Positions 23,465 through 36,818 of a stretch of 64,000 bases of DNA are shown one piece after another. The translations under genes and the position numbers were made by a program. A model generated the notes under the pieces. It saw nothing but the letters and a program-made list of their open reading frames with translations. It ran no database searches and had not been told where the DNA came from. Each line of letters begins with the position of its first letter. The first letter of the stretch is position 1. Source of the stretch: Mustelus asterias (taxonomy: Eukaryota); NCBI RefSeq assembly GCF_964213995.1, contig NC_135808.1, positions 50,530,001-50,594,000 of the forward strand. Reading direction: 5' to 3'.

Positions 23465-23565
23465 GCTTTATAAAGCTGCAGCCTGTCAGAGTCTCACTGC
23501 CTGTTCCTCAGTTTGTAAATGGTCTGACCCAGAGAAACCACGTCAGCACCTTTCACTTCCTCTTC
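23465..23565 (-). promoter_or_regulatory. V promoter of cluster 1
   Basis: TATAAA 23467-23472, CRE-like TGACGT 23540-23545, EICE GGAAGTGAAA 23551-23560. Confidence 0.75.
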
Positions 23566-23975
23566 TTCTCTCTCCCTCCCTCAGTCTCTGTCCCTCAGTC
23601 TCTGTCCCTCAGTCTCTGTCTCTCGAAATCTCTCCCTCACTCATTGTCTCGCTCTCTCTCTCTCTCTCTCAATATTTGTCCCTCAGTCTGTCTCCCTCAC
23701 TCTATTAATATCTCTCCCTCACTCTCTCTCTCTCTCAATATCTGTCCCTCAGTCTCTGTCTCCCTCACTCTATTAATATCTCTCCCTCATTGTTGTCTCT
23801 TTCACTCTCTGAGTAACTCTCCATTAGTCTCTGTTTCTATCCACCACACTCTCGCTGTCTCCCTTTCTTGTCCTTCCCGTCTCACACTCCTTGTTTACCC
23901 TCTCATTCACTCTTTCTTTCTCTCTTCTCATTCTCCCTCCCTCTCTTCCTCTCAGTTTCTCCATCACTTTATCTC
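23565..23975. repeat. CT-rich low-complexity tract (CCCTCAGTCTCTGT units)
   Basis: Direct inspection; shorter mirror at 52260-52510. Confidence 0.85.
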
Positions 23976-24980
23976 ATAGAGTCATAGAGGTTTACAGCAT
24001 AGAAACAGGCCCTTCAGCCCAACTTGTCCATGCCGCCCTTTTTTTAAAAACCCCAAACCCCAATTGCTGCATTTGGCCCATATCCCTCTATACCCATCTT
24101 ACCCATGTAACTGTCTAAATGCTTTTTAAAAGACAAAATTGTACCCGCCTCTATTACTATCTCTGGCAGCTTGTTCCAGACACTCACCACCCTGTGTGAA
24201 AAAATTGCCCATTTGGACACTTTTGTATCTCTCCCCTCTCGCCTTAAACCTCTGCCCTCGAGTTTTAGACTCCCCTACCTTTGGGAAAGGATATTGACTA
24301 TCTAGTTGATCTATGCCCCTCATTATTTTATCGTCCTCGATAAGATCACCCCTCAGCCGTCTACGCTCCAGAGAAAAAAGTCCCAGCCAATCCAGTCTCT
24401 CCTTTATAACCCAAACCATCAAGTCCCGGTAGCATCCTAGTAAATCTTTTCTGCACTCTTTCTAGTTTAATAATATCCTTTCTATAACAGGCTGACCAGA
24501 ACTGTACACAGTATTCCAAGTGTGGCCTTACCAATGTCTTGTACAACTTCAACAAAACGTCCTGACTCCAGTATTCAATGTTCTGACCAATGAAACCAAG
24601 CATGCCGAATGTCTTCTTCACCACTCTGTCCACCTGTGACTCCACTTTCAAGTAGCTATGAACCTGTATCCCTAGATCTCTTTGTTCTGTAACTCTCCCC
24701 AGTGCCCTACCATTAACTGAGTAAGTCCTGCCCGGTTCAATCTACCAAAATGCATCACCTCGCATTTATCTAAATTAAACTCCCGCCACTATTTGTCAGC
24801 CCACTGGCCCAATTCCGGTTGGAATCGGAGATAACCTTCTTCACTGTCCACTATGCCACCAATCTTGGTGTCATCTGCAAACTTACTAACCATACCTCCT
24901 ATATTCTCATCCAAATCATTAATATAAATGACAAATAACAGTGGACACAGCATCGATCCCTGTGGCACACCGCTCATTCT
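23975..24980 (-). mobile_element. CR1 LINE 3' ~1 kb, left arm only
   Basis: SGVPQGS, KFADDTK and RPHLEYCVQFW motifs; absent near 52240-52270. Confidence 0.88.
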
Positions 24981-25029
24981 CTTTGTTCTTCTGTATTCTC
25001 AGCTCGCTCTGCCCCAGAAGAGATACCAT

Positions 25030-25930
25030 CCTCCTGGTATCCACTCTGTCAGTCCCCTCACAATCTGATATGTTTCAATAAGATCACCTCTCATTCTTCT
25101 AAACTCCAATGGGTTCAGGCCCAACCTGTCCAACTTTTCTTCATAAGATAACCCCTCACCCCAGGAATGTGTCGAGTGAATCTTCTCTGAACTGCTTCGA
25201 ACACAATGATATCCTTTTCCAAATAAGGAGACCTAAACTGTACACAGTATTCCAGATGTGGTCTCACCGAGACTCTGTACAGCTGCAGTAAAACTTCCCT
25301 ATTTTTATATTCCATTCTCCTGGTAATAAACACCAACATTCCATTTGTCTTCCTAATCACTTGCTGTAGCTGCAGACTAACTTGTTGTGATTCATGTCCC
25401 AGGACAGCCAGATCCCTCTGTAGCACCGAGTTGTGCAATCTCTCTCCATTTCAATGGTTTACTGCTGTTCTATTCTTCCTGCCAAAGTGGACACCTTCAC
25501 ATTTACCCAGGATATACTCCAGATGTTTCGCCATTCACTTCCCCTGTCCCTATCCCTTTGCAGACTCTCTACCGCTTCTTGATAACTTACTTTCCCACCT
25601 ATCTTAGTGTCATTGGGACATCAGCTCCATTCACTCCCTTCATCCAAGTCATTGATACGGATTGTGAATAGTTGTGGTCCCAGCACTGATTGTTCCAGAA
25701 CTCCACTAATTACAGCTTCCCAACCCCAAAACAATCATTTATCCTCTCTCTCTGGTTGGTTAGCTAACCAATCCTCTATCAATGCTAATATGTTACCCAC
25801 ACACCATCGTCTTACCCACACACCATCGTATCTTGTGTTGTAACATTTGATGTGGCAATTTATCAAATACCTTTTCGAATTCCCTGTACATCACAGCTAC
25901 AAGTTCCCTTTTATCCATTTTGTGACCTCC
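25030..25930 (-). mobile_element. Older CR1 fragment shared by both arms (mirror 51250-52230)
   Basis: VRPHLEYCVQFRSPYLEKD. Confidence 0.8.
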
Positions 25931-25992
25931 GCAAAGGTGGGCAATGACATGTTTACAACAGAAAGAAACTGCTCCACATCGACCATGATGTC

Positions 25993-26312
25993 CCACTGGA
26001 GCCTCCAATAGGGAGCAGTAAACATGGGCCTCCTTCCCACTGGAGCCTCCAATAGGGACCAGTAAACATGGCCTCCTTCCCACTGGAGCCTCCAATAGGG
26101 ACCAGTAAACATGGCCTCCTTCCCACTGGAGCCTCTAATAGGGACCAGTAAACATGGGCCTCCTTCCCACTCGAGCCTCCAATAGGGACCAGTAAACATG
26201 GGCCTCCTTCCCACTGGAGCCTCTAATAGGGACCAGTAAACATGGCCTCCTTCCCACTGGAGCCTCCAATAGGGACCAGTAAACATGGGCCTCCTTCCCA
26301 CTGGAGCCTCCA
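25993..26312. repeat. 43-44-bp minisatellite, ~7 units
   Basis: CCCACTGGAGCCTCCAATAGGGACCAGTAAACATGGGCCTCCTT. Confidence 0.95.
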
Positions 26313-26556
26313 GTAGCTGAGCTTCAAACTCCACATCTTCTCCATCATGTAGGCCTCTTATTTCCATCTCTACAACATTGTCTGTCTCTACACTACATCA
26401 GTCCCTTAAGTACAGAAACCCTTATCCCTGCATGTCCCGCCTACTAACTCCATTATTCCGATATCCTCACCCAGCTCCCCACATCCATAAACCCCAACTT
26501 GTCCCAAATGCAGTGGATCCGGATCCTGTCTCATACCAAGTGTCGTTCCAACGCCA

Positions 26557-26732
26557 CCCCTGATCTCAGTGACCTATCACCCCTGACCTCAGTGATCTAT
26601 CACCCCTGACCTCAGTGATCTATCGCCCCTGACCTCAGTGATCTATCGCCCCTGACCTCAGTGATCTATCGCCCCTGACTTCATTTACCTGTTACCGCTG
26701 GCCTCACTGATCTGTTACCCCTGACCTCACTG
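26557..26732. repeat. 23-bp tandem repeat
   Basis: CCCCTGACCTCAGTGATCTATCR units; the right-arm counterpart is split by a CR1 insertion at ~50225-50550. Confidence 0.85.
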
Positions 26733-27199
26733 CCCTCCAATTCCCTCCATGACCTCACTCCTCCCTACCCTGCGTTCCTGCTCCAGACTCACATTTCTCC
26801 CTCACCTTCCATCTGCTGACTCTGCTCCCCGACCCATCACTGCTTCCTTCATCCCACCATTGACAGCAGAGCCTTCAGACGCCCAGGCCCTGCTCTCTGA
26901 CCTCCCACCCCTAATCCCTCCCCCTCTCCTTGTCTCTCTCCCCATCAAACTCCATTCTTTCACCTAAGCCTTCGATCTCTCTTCCTAAACTACCCCCAGC
27001 CCCTCCCCCATTCCTCTTATGCTGCTCTGTGAAACATAACGGGCTATGTTGTACACTAAGGTGCTATATAAATTCAGGTTCTGTGTGGATTTTGGTTGGG
27101 GACAGAATTAGACACAGTGGTGAAGGCTCTTGCAGTCAAATATCCTGCTGACAGGATCCAGATTTTAACAGATCGAATGGGACATTGTATAAAGTAGGA

Positions 27200-30020
27200 A
27201 TTATTAAAAATGTATTCATTGACGGGGTGTGGGTGTCACTGGTTATACCAGCATTTATTCCCATCCCTAATTGTCCTTGAGAAGGTGGTGATGAGCTGCC
27301 TTCTTGAGCTGCTGCAGTCCATGAGGTGTACATACACCCACAGTGCTGTTAGGGAGCGTTTTCAGGATTCTGACCCAGCGACAGTGCATGAATGGAGATG
27401 TATTTCCACGTCAGAATGGCGTGTGGCTTGGAGGGGAATCTCCTGGTGGTGTTGATCCCAGGGATCTGCTACATTTGTCTTTCCAGATGATAGTGGTCAT
27501 GGTATTCGAAGGTGCTGCCTCAGGAACCTTGGTGAGTTCATGCAGGGCATCTTATAGATGGTACACACTGCTGCTGCTGTCCGACAGTGGTGGAGGGATT
27601 TAATGTTTGTGAATGGGTGCCAATCAACTGGGGCTGCTTTGTCCTGGATGATGTTGAGCTTCTTGAGTGTTGCTGGAGCTCTACTCATCCAGACAAGTGG
27701 AGAGTATTCCATCACACTCCGGACTTGTGCCTTGTAGATGGTGGACAGGCTTTGGAGAGTCAGGATGTGAGTTACTCACCGCAGGATTCCTATCCACTGA
27801 CCTGCTCTTGTAGCCACAGTATTTATAGGCTGGTCCAGTTGAGTTTCTGGTCAATCATATCCAACAGGATTTTACAGTGGGGGATTCAGCAATGGTAATG
27901 ACATTGAATGTCAAGGGGAGATGTTAAAATTCTCTCTTGTTGGAGATGGTGATTCCGTGGCACTTGTGTGGCACGAATGTTCCTGCTTCAATATCTGAGG
28001 AATTGTGAATGGTGCTGAGCATTGTGCAATCGTCAGTGAACATCCCCACTTCTGAAGGTTATTAATGAAGCAGCTGAAGATGGTTGTGTCTCAGACACTA
28101 CCCTGAGGAACTCCTGCAGTGATGTCCCAAGGCAATCTCAGATTGCAATCCGCTAACCACAACCATCTTCTCATCATATTGGGTGGCACGGTGACACACT
28201 CGTTAACACTACTGCCTCACAGCGCCAAGGACCCGGGTTCAATTCCTGGCACGGGACACTGTCTGTGTGGAGTTTGCATGCTCTCCCCGTGTCTGCTTGC
28301 GTTTCCTCCGGGTGTTCCGGTTTCCTCCCACAGTCCAAAAGACCTGCTGGTTAAATGCATTGGTCATGCTAAGTTCTCCCTCAGTGTCCCCGAACAGGCA
28401 TCGGAGTGCGGTGACTAAGGGATTTTGCTGGTAACTTCATTGCAGTGTTAATGTAAGCCTACTTGTGACACTAATACTGACACTTAAACTTAAAAGTCCA
28501 ATAACCACAACCATCTTCCTTTGTGCTGGGTGTGACTCCAGCCAGTGGAGAGTTTCCCCCTGATTTCCATTGGTTCCAGTTTTGCGAGGGCTCCTAGATG
28601 CCACACTCGGTCAAATGCTGCCTTGATGTCAAGGGCAGTCACTCTCACCTCACCTCTGGGGTTCAGCTCTTTTGTCCATGTTTGAACCAAGGCTGTAATG
28701 AGGTCAGGAGCTGAGTGACCCTGGCGGAACCCTAACTGAGTGTCACTGAGCAGGTTGTTGCTAGTAAGTGCCGCTTGATAGAACTGTCAACAATTTAAAT
28801 CACTTCACTGATGATTCAGAGTAGATTGATGGGGTGGTAAGTGGCCAGAATAGAATTATCCTGTTTTTTGGTATACAGGACATGTCTGGGCAATTTTCCA
28901 CATTGCCGGGTAGATGCCAGTGTTGTAGCTGTACTGGAACAGCTTGGCTAAGGGCACGACAAGTTCTGGAGCGCAAGTTTTCAGGACTATTGCTGGATTA
29001 TTGTCAGGAGACAGAGTCATTGCTGTATCCAGTTGTAAATGTATCAGCCTTTTCTTTTCACTGATGTGCTGGGCTCCTCCATCATTGAGGATGGGGATAT
29101 TTGTGGAGCCTCCTCCTCCAGGGGGTTGTTTAATTGTCCACCACCATTCACGGCTGAATGTGGCAGGACTGCAGAGCTTTGATCTGATCCATTGGTTGTG
29201 GGATGGTTTAGCTCTGTCTATCACTTGCTGCTTCTGCTGTTTGACACACAGTCCTGTGTTGTAGCTTCACCAGGTTAACACCTCATTTTTCAGTATGTCT
29301 GCTGTTGCTCCTGCCATGTCCTCCTGCGCTCTTCATTGAACCAGGGTTGATCCCCAGGCTGGGTGGTAATGGTAGAGTGGGGGATATGCCAGGCCATGAG
29401 GTTACAGATTGTGGTTGAGTACAATTCTGCTGCTGCTGATGGCCCACAGTGCCTCATGGATGCCCAGTTTTGAGTTGCTAGATCTGTTTGAAATCGATCC
29501 CATTTAGCACGGTGGCAGTGCCACACAACACGATGGAGGGTATCCTCAATGTGAAGATGGGATTTTATCTCCACAAGGACTGTGCGGTGGTCACTCCTAC
29601 CGATACTGTCATGGACAGATGCATCTGCGGCAGGCAGGTTGGTGAGGATGAGGTCGAGTATGTTTCTCCCTCTTGTTGGTTCCCTCACCACCTGCCGCAG
29701 TCCCAGTCTAGCAGCTATGTCCTTTAGGACCCAGCCAGCTCGGTGTGTGGTGGTGCTACCGAGTAACTCTTGGTGATGGACATTGAAGTCCCCACCCAGA
29801 GTACACTCTGTGTCCTTGCCACCCTCAGTGCTTCATCCAAGTGCTGTTCAACATGGAGGAGAACTGATTCATCAGCTGAGGGTGGACAGGATGTGGTAAC
29901 CAGAGGAGGTTTCCTTGTCCGTGTTTGACATGTTACTGAGAGACTACATGGAGTCTGGAATGTTGTTGAGGATTCCCAGGATAACTCCCTCCTGACTGTA
30001 TCCCACTGTGCCTTCTGTGC
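27200..30020 (-). mobile_element. Non-LTR retrotransposon (endonuclease plus RT remnants) with an HE1 SINE at 28180-28480
   Basis: VREPTRGRNILDLILTN...IGRSDH endonuclease; LDIKAAFDRVWH RT. Confidence 0.85.
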
Positions 30021-30039
30021 TGGGAGATTAGAGGTAGTG

Positions 30040-30300
30040 GACACGGTTCACCATTTTCTCCCGTCTCAGTAACAAACATCCAGCTGCTCTGAGCTCCTTC
30101 TTTCACTTCCTCTGTTGGTTACGTTTCAATCTTCCGATCTGACAGTCTTTGCAGTTATTTTTGACACTGGGGATTTGTGCTGTGGTCTGAATCTCTAACA
30201 ATAACTGTCCAATCAGTGAAAAGAACAGCAGCTCAGAGCAGTCAGGACTGAGGAGCCAGGCTCACTGGGAAACACATTGGGAAGATCAAAGCCATTGGTC
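30040..30300 (-). promoter_or_regulatory. Candidate distal upstream enhancer of cluster 1
   Basis: EICE at 30101-30110, CAGCTG, CCAAT, TGTGGT; no recognisable repeat; near-identical in the other arm. Confidence 0.4.
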
Positions 30301-32279
30301 TTCAGCTCCCGATACAAACTCCATCCCTCCCCCTGAGCACTGTCTGCTGCTCAACCAGACTCTCTACAACATTGGCCTCATCTTTGACCCCGATCTGACC
30401 CTCCAAATCCTCCACATCACAAAGATTACACTGCTCTCTCTTTCTTCGGTTGAAAGTGGATGTTTTCACATTCTCCACATTGAACTCCATCTGCCATTGT
30501 CTTCAGACCCCGTCACAAACTCTGTTCCCTCAACACTGATTCCATCCCTTCCCCATTGGAGTGTCTGACACTGAACCACACACTCCACAGCCATGGTGTC
30601 CTATTTGACCCTGAGATGAGTTTCCCACCACATCATCCACTCCATCACTAAGACCACCTAGTTCCACCTCAGTAACATCTCCCGAGTCCCCCCTGCCTCA
30701 CATCATCTGCTGCTGAAAATCTCATCCGTGTCTTTGTTATCTCTGAACATTACTATTCCAATGCTGTCCTGGCCGACCTCACACCCACCACCCTCCGTTA
30801 TCATCAGCTCACCCAGAACTCTGCTGCCCGGATCTGAACTCACACCAAATCCCGTTCACCCGTCACCCCCTGTGTTCACTGACCTACACTGACCCCCGGT
30901 CCAGCCATGCCCCGATTTTAACATAAACATCCTGCCTCTCAAATCTCTCCCTATCCTGCACCCTCCCTATCTCTGTAACCTCCTCTAAGCTGCCTAACTT
31001 AGTGTGCTCAGTAATCTTGGATATGTGTCTCTCTATTGCTTCATCCAAGTCATTGTCAAATATAGTGAAAAGCTGAGGCTTCAGCACAGATCCCTGGGGA
31101 CATCACTATTCACAGCTTGCTGATTGGAATACACACACATTATCCCTACTCTCTGTCTCCTACCTCCAAATCAATTCCTTATCTATGGCAAAAGCTTTCC
31201 TCAAATTCCATACGCTTCCATTTTTATTCACAGCCTCTCATGTGGCACCTGCCCGAATGTCTTCTGGAAATGCATAGAAATAACATCCAGAGACATTCCT
31301 TTATGAGCACATTAGTGGCTCATTCACAAATGTAAGCGGCTGAGTTGAACATAAATGACTCTTTTGAAATCCGTGTTGACTCTCTCTGATCCGTTCATGT
31401 TTCTCACTCGTCCTGCCTCTAAAAAAACATTCCAGTCACTTTCCCACAACACACATTAAACTGAGCTGTTAGTTGTGAATGACTCTAATAAAACAGCTAG
31501 TACAGACATGAAGAGTTGAATGGCCTCCTCCTGTGTTATAGACCTACTGAGTCCTTGACTGAAACATCTGGATTGGAACAGGAGGTGGGCTGGAGGTTAA
31601 ACAATGAGTTGAAGGTAGACGGAGTGTTATTAGTGGGTCATGTCCAATGTACATTGTGTCCATCACTCTCTCCAAAAGATGGGGGCAAATTTCCCAGAAA
31701 ATAATGTGCCATCGGGGCGGAAAAATGGGAGATTTTCCTGCCGTTTTCTGGGTGTATTTAGTTGAATTTCCAGCACTCGGTGTTTCACAAAATCCGTCAG
31801 GGATTTACACCAGTGGACGGGGTTAATCCCACCCGTGAGGACTGGATCAGCAGCCCCGCATCCCTGCCTCGCGATGGTTTCCCCAACCTAATTCCCCACT
31901 CCCCTGATCACAGCCCCCAACCCCCCCACCCCCACCTCCCCTTCCCCAATAGACTGGCCTCCTGATGGCTTCCCCAACCCCCACCCACCCCTCCAATTGC
32001 CGGCCCCAACACCCCCACTCCCTGATCACCAGCCTCCCAATGGCTTCCTCAACTGGAAGGTTCCTGCTGAACTCAGCAACAATTCTGGTCCCCCCCTCCC
32101 CACACCAGCTTCTAAACAAACATCAGCGATGGAATTGGGGAGAAGCGCAGAAAGAAACTTTAGTAAAAGTCAAGCCAGCTTTACAATCATCGTCATTGCT
32201 CGTGCACTTTGACCCGAGCAAACCATTCGGAATCACTTGTGACGCCTCGCCATACTTTGCAGGGGGATGGGACACACTG

Positions 32280-33015
32280 TAGATGTACAGTTTGGAGTGA
32301 GATTCAGTCAGATATAGAAGGAAAACTCGGTCAGTCCAGCAGGCAGAGAAGACTTGGGCATGATAAGGCACATGGGAAGATTGGAAGGCTAAACTGCATC
32401 TATTTTAATACAAGGAGCCTGTCTGGTCAGGCAGATGAACTTAGAGAGTTGGTCAGCACGTGGAAATATGAGATTGTTGCAATCACTGAGACATGGTTGA
32501 AAGAAAAGCAGGACTGGCAACTCAACACTCCAGGGTATAGAAGTTTCAGGTGTGATGGGGGTCGGGGGGGAGTGGGGTATGTAAGAGAGGAGGGGACATT
32601 GTTTTATTGATTAAAGAGACCAAGCCTGCAGTAATGAGGGAGGAGATATTGGAACACTCTTCAAATGAGGCCATATGGGTGGAGCTGAGAAATATAAAGG
32701 GCGATCATTGTGCTGGGATTACACTACAGGCCTCCCAACACTCAGAGGGAGATGGAGGAGCAGATATGTAGGCAAATCACAGAGAGAGGTGTGAGAGGAA
32801 TAGGTCTGCAGTAGTCGGGGATTTCAACCTCACCAATATTAATGGAATCACCTCAGTGTGAAAGGATTAGACAGGGTGGAGTTTTTGAAGTGATTCCAGA
32901 GCTTTTTATGTCAGTAGATCGATAATCCAACTTGGGATGGCCCGTGCTCGACCTAATCCTCGAGAATGAAGCTGGGTAAGTTGTTGAAGTATCAGTGTGT
33001 GAGCATTTTGGGGAT
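32280..33015 (+). mobile_element. CR1 endonuclease-region fragment
   Basis: LNCIYFNTRSL...IVAITETWL. Confidence 0.8.
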
Positions 33016-33780
33016 AAGAACAAAGAACAAAGAACAATACAGCACAGGAACAGGCCCTTCGGCCCTCCAAGCCCGCGCCGCTCCCCGGTCCAGGATTGAA
33101 TCCTGAATCCAGGATCCCCGCCCAATTTTCCAGCCTATCTACATCCTAATATCCTATCCACCGAGCTGTCCCTCACAGCTACGATGCTTTGTTCATCACA
33201 ACCTATTAACTCTCCCCCACCCCCCCATTCCAGACCATGTGATCTCCAGGGAGAGGCGAAAACCCAGAGTGAAAACCCCAGGGCCAATATGGGGAAAAAA
33301 AAATCTGGGAAATTCCTCTCGACCCCCTGAGGCGATCGAAACGAGTCCAGGAGATCACACTGGCCCTGATCAGAAAATGCTTCCCAACCCTATTCATTTC
33401 CACTTCTGCTTTACGAACACCATCTGAATTCCCTGCCCCCGAGACAGGTTCCCAACTATCCGCAGTCTCGCTCTGTACTGGCACCAGCAAGATGATCATA
33501 GAATGAAGCCTTGAAACGAGAAACAAAGAACAATTAGCCCGCGCCGCTCCCTGGTCCAAACTAGACCACTCTTTTGTATTCCTCCATTCCCACTCCGTTC
33601 ATATAGCTGTCTAGATAAGTCTTAAACGTTCCCAGTGTGTCCGCCTCCACCACCTTGCCCGACAACACATTCCAGGCCCCCACGACCCTCTGTGTAAAAT
33701 ATGTCCTTCTGATATCTGTGTTAAACCTCCCCCCCTTCACCTTGAACCTATGACCCCTCGTGAACGTCACCACCGATGGG
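33015..33780 (-). mobile_element. Young CR1 3' end with an extended 3' UTR
   Basis: Reverse complement of 34470-34760 plus ~430 bp of extra sequence. Confidence 0.8.
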
Positions 33781-33954
33781 GAAGGTGGACAGAGCAATGA
33801 AACGTGGAATTTAATCCTGATAAGTGTGAGGGGAGATTTAATAAAGGTTGGATATACAAAATGAATGGTAGGTCCCGAGGGAGAATTGAAGAACAAAGGG
33901 ACTTTGGTGTACAAGTCCATGAATCCCTGAGGGATAGTGCGATGAAGAAGGCAA

Positions 33955-34760
33955 TTGGAATACTTAGAGTTCAATCCTGATAAATGCGAAGTGATGCATT
34001 TTGGTAGAACTAATGTAGGGAGGAGCTATACGATAAATGGCAGAACCATAAAGGGCGTAGATGCGCAGAGGGACCTGGGTGTGCAAGTCCACAGATCCTT
34101 GAAGGTGACGTCACAGGTGGAGAAGGTGGTGAAGAAGGCATATGGCATGCTTGCCTTTATAGGACGGGGCATAGAGTATAAAAGTTGGGGTCTGATGTTG
34201 CAGATGTATAGAACGTTGGTTCGGCCGCATTTGGAATACTGCGTCCAGTTCTGTTCGCCACACTACCAGAAGGATGTGGAGGCTTTGGAGAGAGTACAGA
34301 GGAGGTTTACCAGGATGTTGCCTGGTATGGAGGGGCTTAGTTATGAGGAGAGATTGGGTAAACTGGGGTTGTTCTCCCTGGAAAGACGGAGGATGAGGGG
34401 AGACTTAATAGAGGTGTATAAAATTATGAAAGGCATAGATAGGGTGAACGGTGAGAAGCTTTTCCCCAGGTCGGTGGTGACGTTCACAAGGGGTCATAGG
34501 TTCAAGGTGAAGGGGGGGAGGTTTAACACAGATATCAGAAGGACATATTTTACACAGAGGGTGGTGGGGGCCTGGAATGCGCTGCCAGGCAAGGCGGTGG
34601 AGGCGGACACACTGGGAACGTTTAAGACTTATCTAGACAGCCACATGAACGGAGTGGGAATGGAGGGATACAAAAGAATGGTCTAGTTTGGACCAGGGAG
34701 CGGCACGGGCTTGGAGGGCCGAAGGGCCTGTTCCTGTGCTGTATTGTTCTTTGTTCTTTG
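33955..34760 (+). mobile_element. Young 5'-truncated CR1 LINE (243-aa open ORF2 C-terminus)
   Basis: FNPDKCEVMHFG...RPHLEYCVQF...LERVQRRFTRMLPG; TTGTTCT tail. Confidence 0.92.
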
Positions 34761-35866
34761 TTGTTTGTATTAGCCGGGGTTCGAATATGGGAGCAGGTAA
34801 ATGGGATTATTATAGATTGGTTTGGATGGCCAGCATAGACATGGTGAGCCGAAGGACCTGTTTCTGTGCTGTGTGACTGTATGACGCTATATGGAGTTGG
34901 AGCAGTTCTATCCCATAGACTGGCAGATGGGACGGAGAGGCTAAATTCATTTGCTTTGAGGACTTTGTCAGACGTTGAGAAAATGTACTCACAAATCGAT
35001 AAAGAAAGCCGAGCAGTTATCTACACAGTGAGGAATTTCACCAATACGTCTATGGGCGGCATTTCACCATCGTGTCAGACCGTAAGCCATTGTTGGGGCT
35101 TTTCCGGGAGGATAAGCCAGTGCCACCTATTGCCTCTGCCAGGGGGCAGAGATGGGCATTGCTGCTGGCACTAAACATCTAAACCTTCCAGCTTAGGCCA
35201 GGAACACAGCTCTCAAATGCAGATGCATTGAGCCGCCTGCCACTACCCCAGACCATACCGTCACCGCCTGTTCCACAGGAGATAGTATTGGCTCTGCATT
35301 ATTTGGACACCCTGCCTGTCTCAGCAGCCCACACTCAGACGTGGACAGATAGGGAGCCGGTGTTAGCAAAGGGCAAGAAAATGGTACTGACCGGGTGGCA
35401 CTTGGACAAGGCAGAGCAAATGAAGCTGTATTTACATTGCAGGGACCAGATACCCTGCGAAGATGGGGTGCTATTGTCGGGGGGTCTGTGTCAGCGTACC
35501 ACCCCTTGTGCAATGGCCACTGCTCCAAGAGTTACATGATACCCAAACTGGCCAGAGCAGAATGAAAGTGTTGGCCAGAAGTTATGTCTGGTGGCCTGGC
35601 ATTGACAGAGACATTGAACAAACGGTTGGGCAGTGTGAGAGTTGTCTGACTCAGCAAGCGTTACCTCCACCAGCGAACATGCTCCCTTGGGATGTCCGGC
35701 CCGTCTGTGGAAAAGGTTTCATGTAGATTTGGCTGGACATTTTTGGGGGCAGATGTTCCTGATGTCAGTCGATGCCCATTCCAAGTGGCTGGACGATCAG
35801 CTCATGAGACCCATCACAGTCTCCATTTACCATCGATAAACTGAGGCAGATCTTTGTGATCCATGG

Positions 35867-36818
35867 TGAAGATGGGAATGGGTTCATGAACTTTGTAACA
35901 CTTAAGCATTGAGACCCGAACTCTGTAATACTTAGAGATTTGTGAGACTCACTGTGGAGCTCATTGTTTTTGTGTCTGTAGAACTTGTTTTCGTCACCCA
36001 GATAAGGGAAGCAGCTGCTGTGTACAAGTTCATGATTTTTCCCAGCTAATTGTATGTCAGGAATGTGGCTAACCCAGCTGGTATAAGCTAAGCTAGACTC
36101 CATTTTATGTTCAGTTATATTATGTATCTTTGTTTTACACGGTGGAGCTGACATGTATGCCTTCTGTGATCGTATAATCATAGATTCATATATATTCATT
36201 ATATACTATTCATCCTCACCGATATAAAGTGTTATATAGGCCCCTGTACATCAGTTAACTTGTTTGTGCAAACTTATAATCTAAACAACCCACAGGAGTC
36301 AAAGAACAAAGAACAAAGAACAGTACAGCACAGGAAACAGGCCCTTCGGCCCTCCAAGCCTGTGCCGCTCCTTGGTCCAACTAGACCAATCGTTTGTATC
36401 CCTCCATTCCCAGGCTGCTCATGTGACTATCCAGGTAAGTCTTAAACGATGTCAGCGTGCCTGCCTCCACCACCCTACTTGGCAGCGCATTCCAGGCCCC
36501 CACCACCCTCTGTGTAAAAATAACTGTGTAATATAACTGAACATAAAATGTCCACATAGAGATGACAAAACAGACAGCCTTGAGATGGCCATGATTACGC
36601 GGACTATGTGAAGGATGGAATCGCTGAGGCAGCAATAATCATGGGAAGATGCGGACGTGACCAGGGACGAAAATATATGTATAAATATTTGATCTTAACT
36701 CATATTCGGTGTGAAGTCTGGAGACCGCGTTAGGGATCGGACTTCTCCCACAATTGTGAAAATAAACCACTATACTTTGACTCACGACTAGTCTCAAAGG
36801 TATTATTTACCTCCAACA
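35867..36818 (+). mobile_element. Solo LTR related to 347-1022, with ATGG TSD and an internal CR1 tail (36300-36520)
   Basis: TG...CA ends; ATGG at 35863-35866 and 36819-36822; splits the integrase IFVIHG|LPEALLSD. Confidence 0.9.

Larger units (their letters stand above)
13363..30425 (-). repeat. Left arm of the inverted segmental duplication (Ig kappa cluster 1)
   Basis: Reverse-complement colinearity with 46811-62220; ends match 13363/62220 and 30425/46811. Confidence 0.93.
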
